A stretch of 64,000 nt of DNA from a virus (lineage: Duplodnaviria; Caudoviricetes), in IMG/VR virus record IMGVR_UViG_3300031993_000061, positions 4,586-68,585 of that record, one strand, 5' to 3'. Under the pieces are notes generated by a model. It did no database searches, was not told the DNA's origin, and was given only the letters and a program-made list of their open reading frames with translations. Positions 32,880-40,633 of the stretch are shown here, in pieces (the stretch's first letter is position 1; each line of letters starts with the position of its first letter). The translations under genes were made by a program, and so were the position numbers.

Positions 32880-32969
32880 AGACGGTTACCCAAGTGGTTA
32901 AGGGAGCGGGCTTTGACCCCGTCAGATGTAATATCCTTTGCGTAGGTTCGAGTCCTACACCGTCTGCCA
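32880..32969 (+). tRNA. tRNA with UUG (Gln) anticodon and a long class II-type variable arm
   Basis: AGACGGT/ACCGTCT acceptor stem, GCGGG-CTTTGAC-CCCGT anticodon arm, 19-nt variable region, G73, CCA; 90 nt. Confidence 0.85.
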
Positions 32970-33192
32970 TCGAAGCACCATCTGGTGTAAACTTAGTGCA
33001 AAGTTATCGCATAGCACCATCTGGTGTTGGTCGAAAGACCAAAGCGGATTGTATGCACATTTGGTAGGGTTCGCCCTTAATGAATCCTTGTGCGTATGTT
33101 CGACCCTGAGTTTTAACAACGCAGACTGTCAGCCGAGGGGCAGTATCCATAACTGCAAGAAATGGGTGGCGGCTCGGAAAGACGAGCAATAC

Positions 33193-33266
33193 TGGGGTGT
33201 CGTTTAATGGCAAGACTTGGCGCTCTAACCGCCATAATGTCTGTTCGATTCAGACCGCCCCCGCCA
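33193..33266 (+). tRNA. Amber suppressor tRNA(CUA), Gln-like
   Basis: TGGCG-CTCTAAC-CGCCA anticodon arm; unpaired U1-C72, G2-C71, G3-C70 and G73 (Gln-type); T-arm GTCTG-TTCGATT-CAGAC; CCA. Confidence 0.93.
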
Positions 33267-33408
33267 TAGAAATTATTTAGGGGCTTTGTACTTAATAAGC
33301 GTGTTTATTATTTGATAAAGCATTTTACAAAGCGTTGGGTTTTAAGGTTTTAATGTATTGCCACTAATGGGGCTTTGTAAAAACAAATTGTTTTATACGA
33401 GGTATCAT

Positions 33409-33870
33409 ATGTATCTTACGGAAATGGCGTATAGCCGAGACAATGCTATTGAGTATGTAAGGGATGTTCTTCCCGAGATTAAGGAACATTTAATCAAATG
33501 TATTCTGTATCAAGACATGACTGACACGGTATCGCATTGGATAAATACAGAAATAACGCCGGATATTTATGATATTGCGACAATCAAGACAAAAACGCCT
33601 CGTGGTAAACTAACGGAAAACGATTACATTACACTTTTCATAGAGTCATTTAATGATGATGTAGAAGATGCCGCTCGTGACATGATGAGTTTTTACCGTC
33701 ATAATCGGCGTAATCCAGAGTATCCAATCCGTGTACCAACGGAAGAAAATGCACAAAAGTTGGCGCGAGTCTACGATTATTTTAAGACGCAGTTTTCCAA
33801 AAACTTCTCTGAGAAGACAACGTTGACAAAAGAACAAATCAATCAGGTAATGTGGGGGCTTCTTGCATAA
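33409..33870 (+). CDS. DUF29-like protein (tentative)
   Basis: EMAYSRDNAI..IKEHLIKCILY..SHWINTEI pattern. Confidence 0.55.
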   Translation: MYLTEMAYSRDNAIEYVRDVLPEIKEHLIKCILYQDMTDTVSHWINTEITPDIYDIATIKTKTPRGKLTENDYITLFIESFNDDVEDAARDMMSFYRHNRRNPEYPIRVPTEENAQKLARVYDYFKTQFSKNFSEKTTLTKEQINQVMWGLLA

Positions 33871-33877
33871 TAAATCT

Positions 33878-34345
33878 GCTTCCGTGGCGGAATAGGCAGA
33901 CGCAACGGACTTTCTTCCTATCAGACAATAAAAGAGAGCGTCATAATGGAAACATTATGAATGAATGTTGGCTAAAACGGCGAAAGGATAGGACAACGCC
34001 GTGCTAAATTGAATAATTAGGTGCTACGACAGACCGCCTAACGTAACCTTTGATATGGTGCGGGTTAGTGAAACGCTGTAGTTAAATGGGATTTGAGAAA
34101 CAGCCAATTATTCATAAATGTGTAGAGACGATACACCAACTACCTAAGTCAAAAGATATGGTAAAGACATAGTCCAGACCACAACGCTAAGAAAACGTAA
34201 GTGAGAATCTTACCTTCGCCGAGGTGCGATGTAGTGACGAGTACATGATGAGACAAGAACGTCTTGGTGGCTATGGCAACATAGTGTGGTAAGAAAATCC
34301 GTTGACCGAAAGGTCGTGTGGGTTCGATTCCCACCGGAAGCACCA
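33878..34345 (+). tRNA. trnL: tRNA-Leu(UAA) split by a group I intron (exons 33878-33912 and 34294-34345)
   Basis: Joined exons give GCTTCCG/CGGAAGC acceptor stem, ACGGA-CTTAAAA-TCCGT anticodon arm, long variable arm, A73 and CCA. Confidence 0.92.
33913..34293 (+). mobile_element. Group I intron (381 nt, no ORF) between U34 and A35 of tRNA-Leu
   Basis: Follows a U and ends in G; P4 AACGGCGAAA/AACGCCGTGCTAAAT, R-like TGTAGAGACGATA, S-like AAGACATAGTCC. Confidence 0.9.
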
Positions 34346-34436
34346 GAGCGAGATTGTGAGCAAATGAAAGCCACTCGCGTTGTCTCAAAAAATGGCATAT
34401 GTGTCCTCGCGATAAGGTTAATCGCCCAAATATCAT

Positions 34437-34508
34437 GCTTTCTTAATTCAACGGGAGAAGGGCCTGCGGTTGCGGCGCCAGTTGTGAGTTCGAGTCTCAC
34501 AGAAAGCA
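34437..34508 (+). ncRNA. tRNA-like element with an irregular anticodon arm
   Basis: GCTTTCT/AGAAAGC acceptor stem and GTGAG-TTCGAGT-CTCAC T-arm; bulged stem with a 9-nt loop; no encoded CCA. Confidence 0.55.
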
Positions 34509-34676
34509 ATAGAGCCAAAACAATAAGGAAGCGCTAAAAGTTGATGTATATCTGCTGATGGCCACAGCGTATGCCAGTTAAGCATAAACAACTGATATAC
34601 TAAAGACGAAAAGATATTGTTTTGGCACACCTATCCTCGGTTCGCATAACTGTTCATCGCACAAAAAGAAATTCCG

Positions 34677-34709
34677 TGGGTTGACAAGTCCGCTCCATTG
34701 TGGTATAAT
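34677..34709 (+). promoter_or_regulatory. Early-type sigmaA promoter
   Basis: TTGACA 34681-86, TGG-TATAAT 34704-09. Confidence 0.85.
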
Positions 34710-34740
34710 GATAATACCGAATGAAAGAGAGGTTTGAAAT

Positions 34741-35013
34741 ATGCTTACTGCAAAACAGAGAAGGTCAATCCGTCATAGAATCGCAACGCTCAATAGTCGT
34801 ATGTCGCTGATGGCGATGATTGCGTTTGCGTGTATCCTTGCGTCTGCGTTAATTTGCGAATGGAACATCGCCGTATCTGCGGTTTGCCTTGTGCCTGCGC
34901 TTATCTGTTGCGTTATATATGTCAAAACAGAAAAAGAGGCGCAGAAACTCGAAGATATCCTCTATGACGATGATACAGAGAGACTGCACGAGACGACCGA
35001 TAGGTCAGAATAA
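34741..35013 (+). CDS. Small two-TM membrane protein
   Basis: GAGAGG RBS; two hydrophobic segments. Confidence 0.7.
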   Translation: MLTAKQRRSIRHRIATLNSRMSLMAMIAFACILASALICEWNIAVSAVCLVPALICCVIYVKTEKEAQKLEDILYDDDTERLHETTDRSE

Positions 35014-35050
35014 AACGGTTATCGCTTTACCGTATAGGGCGCAATTATAT

Positions 35051-35104
35051 TGAGATGTGTGTTGGTACACATAATAGCAGGTTCAATCCCTGCCATCTCA
35101 ACCA
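35051..35104 (+). ncRNA. 54-nt mini-tRNA-like RNA (acceptor stem, one hairpin, T-arm, ACCA)
   Basis: TGAGATG/CATCTCA 7-bp stem, TGTGT-TGGT-ACACA hairpin, GCAGG-TTCAATC-CCTGC T-arm, A-CCA end. Confidence 0.75.
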
Positions 35105-35108
35105 AATA

Positions 35109-35224
35109 GCGACACACAGTTTCGCGTGGTTCTGTTGTGTTGCGACTTCATTTCATCTCTCCTTTCATTTCTCACCTCCTCCTTTCTTTTATTCAACTAC
35201 TTCCCATTCCATCAAAAACCACGC
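35109..35224 (+). ncRNA. Candidate pseudoknotted sRNA displaying anti-SD/anti-AUG tracts
   Basis: Stem 35109-19/35132-43; loop GCGTGGTT (35124-31) complementary to AACCACGC (35217-24); the enclosed pyrimidine tract includes TCACCTCCTCCTTTCT. Confidence 0.6.
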
Positions 35225-35231
35225 CATTAAC

Positions 35232-35290
35232 AAAGTCAACTCGCGTTTTGGGATTCGTGGGTTGACTTTTTGTTATATCTATGATATAAT
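35232..35290 (+). terminator. Terminator hairpin overlapping the -35 of the next early promoter
   Basis: AAAGTCAAC..GTTGACTTT plus T-tract; TTGACT 35262-67, TATAAT 35285-90. Confidence 0.7.
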
Positions 35291-35320
35291 AGTATCAGAA
35301 AAGAAAGAGAGGGTTTGTCC

Positions 35321-35788
35321 ATGAAACTTGTCGATGTTATCAATCAGATTAGCGGAAAGAAGAATGGTACTTGGTTCTCCGTCAAGTACAAGAGCCATCC
35401 TGCCGTTAAGGCGTCATTCAAGAAACTTGGTATCACCGTTGTCAAGTATAGCGACAATGTGGTGCGCACAGGTGTTGCTTATGACAATATCGGCTCGGTT
35501 ATCCGCAAGAAATCTTCTGCGGACTATGTACCTGCTCCCAAGAGAGAGAACAACAACGAGTGGGTTATTCCGAACAAGATTCTGTTCAATAACAACACCA
35601 ATAAGTATGCCGTTCGCCTCGGCTTCTGCAACGGCCACAAGGCAAAGGTTTCCTACAAAGCATACGATGTCAACGGTAACGAGATTCCGTTTGACAAAGA
35701 CTACGTGATTGATTCCTATTGGAACAAACCGACCACCGACCTCTCCGTTATGAATATCGCAATCGACAACATTGTGTCGATTGGTTGA
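35321..35788 (+). CDS. Hypothetical basic early protein
   Basis: GAGAGGG RBS; single-gene unit between promoter and terminator. Confidence 0.75.
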   Translation: MKLVDVINQISGKKNGTWFSVKYKSHPAVKASFKKLGITVVKYSDNVVRTGVAYDNIGSVIRKKSSADYVPAPKRENNNEWVIPNKILFNNNTNKYAVRLGFCNGHKAKVSYKAYDVNGNEIPFDKDYVIDSYWNKPTTDLSVMNIAIDNIVSIG

Positions 35789-35800
35789 TAAGCGAAATAG

Positions 35801-35842
35801 AAAACAGCCACCAAAATGGTGGCTGTTTTTGTTGTATAATTT
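35801..35842 (+). terminator. Terminator immediately followed by a putative late promoter
   Basis: AAAACAGCCACC/GGTGGCTGTTTT hairpin; TGTATAATTT 35833-42. Confidence 0.8.
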
Positions 35843-35918
35843 AGTATGAATTGAAAGAATCCACTGTATGAGCGGACATTCTACATATATCAGAACAAGA
35901 GGACAAAAACAGAAACAG

Positions 35919-36359
35919 ATGGATGCAACAATTTGGGTCGCTATCGTTACAGCAATCGCCGCCGTGCTTGTGGCTGTTATTAACGCTTACGGAAAGGGAA
36001 AAGCAAGGCGCGAAGATTTAGCCGAGCAGGAAAAGGCCATCGAGAAGCACTTTGAAGATACCATGAAACAACTCGAAGAAGATAAACGTGAGTATCTGCA
36101 ACGCGCTTCCGAACAAGTGGAAAAACTCGACGAAATCATTAGGGGCAACGAAGAATTGAAAGAAGGCACTATGCAGTTGCTCGGTAGCGAAATCGACAGA
36201 GTTTATTTTAAGTATAAGGGAAAGGATTCCATTCCTTTATCGGAGTATCAAAACATTAAACAAATTTTTGAAATCTACGACAAACTCGGCGGTAATGGAG
36301 AAAGGCGCAAGCATTGGCTTCAAATCGACCATTTACCAGTCGTAGATGACGAAAAGTAA
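35919..36359 (+). CDS. Membrane-anchored coiled-coil protein (lysis-accessory-like)
   Basis: N-terminal TM IWVAIVTAIAAVLVAVINAY; C-terminal YKGK..YDKLGGNG pattern. Confidence 0.6.
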   Translation: MDATIWVAIVTAIAAVLVAVINAYGKGKARREDLAEQEKAIEKHFEDTMKQLEEDKREYLQRASEQVEKLDEIIRGNEELKEGTMQLLGSEIDRVYFKYKGKDSIPLSEYQNIKQIFEIYDKLGGNGERRKHWLQIDHLPVVDDEK

Positions 36360-36392
36360 GTTGTACGACGAAGTAGTCAAGGACTAATCGAA

Positions 36393-38396
36393 ATGGATAA
36401 CAGAGCATAGCAAATTTTAGCAGGGTTGTCAGAAGAAGAGAAAAAATAGGTTCTTGCCATTTTGGCTGAGTATCAGAAGAATGGTAATTCTGAACAATTC
36501 AATGAAATCAAGTATGCCGATTATGATGAGATTCCAGTTGACATCAATACCTTTATGCGAGATGAAGAATATCTCGGCAAGGGTCTTATTGATGAAAACG
36601 GAAGATTCACGGTGTTCCCATATTGGGTCAAAACATTAAATCAAATTTTTCCAACCAATGTTGATACCGCATATAATACATTTGTTGCCACGGGAGGCAT
36701 TGGTCTTGGGAAGTCGTTTGTATAGGTTATCTGCGGTATCTATATTCTCTATCGTTTAATGTGCTTAAAAAATCCATATACTTTCTATGGATTACAGCCG
36801 ATAGATATTATCACATTTGCCTTTATGAATATTACCATAGAGGCCGCAGAGGGCGTGGCTTGGAGCAAATTCCAACAGTTAGTACAGTCGTCTCCATGGT
36901 TTATGAAAAGAGGTACTATTACCGGAACTACCAACTTGGTATGGAATCCCCCAAAAGGAATCGAACTGATTTATGGTTCGAGAGATACACACGTACTTGG
37001 CCGTGCCGTGTTCTGGGGAATGGTTGATGAGTTAGATTTCCAACAGAACAAAGACTTGGAGCAACAGCGAGAAAAGGCACGCAAAATTGTTTCTGCACTT
37101 GCGCGAAGAATGGAATCGCGTTTTATGAAAGGGAACAAAAATCCCACGCTCTTATGCCTTGCTTCTTCTAAGACAGATTAGCAGGCGTTTATTGAGCGCT
37201 ACATTGAAGATAAGCGCGGCAAGGGTAGTAAGACAACTCTTATTGTAGATGAGCCGTAGTGGGTAATCCGTGACGATAAGGACAGTCCTATTAAGTTCCG
37301 TGTTGCCGTTGGTAATAAATTTCTTGAATCCGAAATTATCCCTGACAATGTTGTTGATACAAAGTCGTATTTAGATAGAGGGTTCAGCATATTAGAAGTG
37401 CCGTCAGGTTATCGAGAGTCCTTTGAAGATAACCTTCCAAAGGCGTTACAAGAAATTGCAGGCATAGCGACAAGCGGAACAAACCGTTATCTGCTTGGCG
37501 CAAGAATACAAGAGGCAAAGAACTACGCATTACAAAACCCATTCAGTTCAGATGTTATTGAGTGCGGTTTGAATACAGACAATCAGTATTACGAATGGTT
37601 TGATATTTCAAAAATTGACCCTGCTATGAAAAGCAAACCGCTGTTCATACACCTCGATATGTCTGTGTCTGGTGACAAGACGGGTATTGCCGGTGTGTGG
37701 ATAAGAGGTAAGCGGCCTACAAGAAATGGCGTTCCTTCTAATGACCTGTACTATCAATTGGCGTTTGGCGTCTCCGTGAAAGCACCGAAAGGATATCAAA
37801 TCTCATTTGCCAAAAACAGAGAGTTTATCTACTGGTTAAAGCAATAGGGTTTTAATATCAGAGGAATTTCAACAGACTCATTCCAAAGTGTGGAAACTGG
37901 CCAATCATTACAGCAGGGCGGATTTAACTATAAGATGATTTCTGTCGATAGGGTTGATTCGCAAAGCCGTACTTGTTTGCCGTATCTTACGATGAAGAAT
38001 GCCATTTATGAAAAAAGACTTGCTCTCATTGACATTCGGTTGATGACGGAAGAGATGGTTGGTCTTGAAATTGACGCAAATGGTCGTGTCGACCATAGCC
38101 CATCTGGCATCAATTCGAAGGATTTATGCGATGCTATCTGCGGTGCAACATATCACGCTTCTCAACACGCAGAAGAGTATGCGTTAGAGTATGGTGAGAA
38201 TTTGATTGAACAAATTCCGCAAGTAAACCGTTCTTCCATCGAAGAACAACATTCGGATATTCAAAAAGAATTTGAAGCGGCGTTGCGACAGCAATTCAGT
38301 TAGCAATATCGCGAACCTCAATCTATGTTCAGCCCAGAAGTAGAGCGCAGATTGAAAAGGCAAAGACAGATAAATAACGGTATTTTGGTTTGGTAA
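36393..38396 (+). CDS. terL: Terminase large subunit, 667 aa with 7 TAG codons read as Gln
   Basis: One frame throughout, with TAGs at 36408, 36447, 36723, 37179, 37257, 37845 and 38301. Walker A TGGIGLGKS, Walker B GMVDE, RNase H-like IHLDMSVSGDKTG, ISTDSFQS and SKDLCDA; directly precedes the portal gene. Confidence 0.92.
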
Positions 38397-38401
38397 AATA
38401 A

Positions 38402-40081
38402 ATGGAAGATATTTTTGATAAACGTATTATTACGGTGCCAGTACAGCCGAAGAACATTGGTGTTGATACGAATGACGAGGTTGTGAAAAAGGTCGCCGAA
38501 GGAGAAGAAGCCACAGGTTTAAGTCAGTTATCTACCATCTCGATGGATAGAGATATGGCTTATAATCAGATTGACGATATGTGTAGTGACAGCCGTATGG
38601 CGTCCGCACTCGAAGCGTATGCCGAGGAAGCAACTTGTATCGGTAACGACGGCCGTATCGTCTATGTCGATTCGATGGATACCGATGTTGCCAAAATGGT
38701 AACGCATTTCCTCGATGCTATGGATATCGACAAGTATATCTATTCGTGGGCGTACTCTCTGATTAAATATGGCGATGTTTATATTCGTATGTACCGTCGT
38801 TCGGACGTTGAGCCGGATTATATGCGGAATAGAAAATTAGACGAAACATTGGAAGTCAATTATTATAATAAGAATGTTGACCCCTATGTTGACTACTGCG
38901 AGCAGATTTTGAATCCTGCCGAAATGTTTGAGTTAAAAAAATTCGGCAAAACATACGCCTATATTCAATGTCCGATTGCTTCTCTGAATGTCAACCAAAG
39001 AGACAAAACACGCCTTGCCTATATGCTTCAACGCACAAGGGATACCGGTGATGTGAAACTGTTTCAACCGACAGAGTTTGTACATGGTTGTCTGAATCAG
39101 TCATCGTCTCGCGTGGCGGAAACGCTCCAAATTTTTGACGATGAAACAGAAGGCGGAGATATTTATACTGTCAATAGAGGACAATCGCTGTTCTATAATG
39201 TCTATCCATTATGGAGACAAATGCAGTTGCTTGAAAACTCTATGCTGTTAAATCGTATCAACAAGAACGCCATTTTACGGTTGCTGACTGTTGAGGTTGG
39301 TAATGTTCCGTCAGAAGAGGATGCCAATTCGATTGTTTCTGCAGTCGCTAATATGTTGCAGACGAAGATGTCTATCAGCACAAAAACGATGTCGAATCTG
39401 TATTTGTCTGACAGTCCAACAGTCAACTACGCCGTTATGCCGACCAAAAATGGCGCAGGCGCCGTTGGATTCCAAGACATTGGTGGTACGACTGGCGAAT
39501 CGGAAAACCTCGACGACATCAATTATTATCGCGATAAGTTATTCGGCAGTTTGCGGTTACCAAAGCAAATGTTCGGAGAAACAACAGGTGATAGCGCTGG
39601 TTTTGACGCAGGTGGCTCGTTAGCACAGCAGAGTCTACGGTTCGGAAAGGCCGTGCGCAGAATCCAGTCTGTTCTGATTGACACAATTACCGATATGATA
39701 AACCTCCGTCTGTACGATAGAGGGCTTACGAACTATATCGACAAATTCTTGATTAAAATGCATTTCCCCATTACGCAAGAAGACACCGTCAACCAAACCC
39801 ATAGAAAAGAACAAATCGACCTTGTTCTCCGTATTATGGATTCGTTGGAAGGTGTTGCCGAGGGTAGTGCAAGACTTACCATTCTCCGTTATCTGCTGTC
39901 GACGGTTATCGACGACGCCGATGTGCTTACCGCTATTCAGTCCGAACTGGAAGAGCAGTCTGAAACCGCTGAACAAAAAGAGGAAATAGCAGAAGAAGAG
40001 CAACGAGAGGAACAAGAAGAAGAAAGGCCTCGCGGAGGCCTTAATGCCGAATCTCCGGAAATAGAAGAAATAGAGCCGTAA
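38402..40081 (+). CDS. Portal protein (T4 gp20-like)
   Basis: LIKYGDVY, RQMQLLENSMLLNRI, VEVGNVP, LDDINYYRDKLFGSLRLPK and LRFGKAVRRIQ. Confidence 0.88.
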   Translation: MEDIFDKRIITVPVQPKNIGVDTNDEVVKKVAEGEEATGLSQLSTISMDRDMAYNQIDDMCSDSRMASALEAYAEEATCIGNDGRIVYVDSMDTDVAKMVTHFLDAMDIDKYIYSWAYSLIKYGDVYIRMYRRSDVEPDYMRNRKLDETLEVNYYNKNVDPYVDYCEQILNPAEMFELKKFGKTYAYIQCPIASLNVNQRDKTRLAYMLQRTRDTGDVKLFQPTEFVHGCLNQSSSRVAETLQIFDDETEGGDIYTVNRGQSLFYNVYPLWRQMQLLENSMLLNRINKNAILRLLTVEVGNVPSEEDANSIVSAVANMLQTKMSISTKTMSNLYLSDSPTVNYAVMPTKNGAGAVGFQDIGGTTGESENLDDINYYRDKLFGSLRLPKQMFGETTGDSAGFDAGGSLAQQSLRFGKAVRRIQSVLIDTITDMINLRLYDRGLTNYIDKFLIKMHFPITQEDTVNQTHRKEQIDLVLRIMDSLEGVAEGSARLTILRYLLSTVIDDADVLTAIQSELEEQSETAEQKEEIAEEEQREEQEEERPRGGLNAESPEIEEIEP

Positions 40082-40105
40082 ATTTAAGGAACAAAAAGGA
40101 CTATT

Positions 40106-40525
40106 ATGATTATTACAAGACAAGATTTACTTACTATCGTAGCCGATAATGCGGAACTTATCAGACAGGTTTATGAAAATCCAGAATCTGTTCTGAAACA
40201 ATGTAAGCAAAACGGTGCATTAGAAATTTTCAACTTTTACGATTATTGTCGAAAGAGTTACAATCAAAAACATTCAAAGATTTATATCAACATCGTTAAA
40301 GAGGTTGAAGAACCAAAAAAGGTCTTGACAACACTCTCCGCACTGATTACGCAGATTCTTTTATTTGCCGAGCAGTCACAACATAGGGACATTTTCCTTA
40401 GACAGTCTCGTCTGAATGAGATTATTCGTGTCATTCAGAATTATGTCGAAAACAGAGACCTTACCTATGCAGTTAAGTTAATCAGAGACATCAGGGACGA
40501 TGTGAAATTTCTCGAAAATCTTTGA
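40106..40525 (+). CDS. Hypothetical head-module protein
   Basis: 139 aa ORF between portal and protease genes. Confidence 0.7.
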   Translation: MIITRQDLLTIVADNAELIRQVYENPESVLKQCKQNGALEIFNFYDYCRKSYNQKHSKIYINIVKEVEEPKKVLTTLSALITQILLFAEQSQHRDIFLRQSRLNEIIRVIQNYVENRDLTYAVKLIRDIRDDVKFLENL

Positions 40526-40526
40526 T

Positions 40527-40578
40527 TGTATAATTTAGGTATAAGACAACGATTCACGGAACAATTCTTGTATAATTT
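40527..40578 (+). promoter_or_regulatory. Tandem putative late promoters upstream of the protease and capsid genes
   Basis: TGTATAATTT at 40527 and 40569. Confidence 0.6.
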
Positions 40579-40633
40579 TGTGTATTGATAATTCCGATGC
40601 TGTTGGCAACGGAAAATCGTAAGGATAAATGTA

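Noticed and set aside
33279-33381. Duplicated GGGGCTTTGTA downstream of the suppressor tRNA
   Set aside because: Only 11 bp in AT-rich spacer DNA; no function can be supported
34535-34610. Hammerhead ribozyme suggested by CTGATG..GAAA
   Set aside because: Core is CTGATGG rather than CTGANGA and the helix order does not fit
35093-35190. Minus-strand micro-ORFs with strong RBS (MKGEMK; MKSQHNRTTRNCVSLFG)
   Set aside because: No good minus-strand -10 element, and every other gene is on the + strand; kept only as the alternative to the anti-SD RNA model
36393-38396. Terminase as a fragmented pseudogene or sequencing-error artefact
   Set aside because: All seven breaks are TAG in a single frame with no frameshifts, and a CUA tRNA is present
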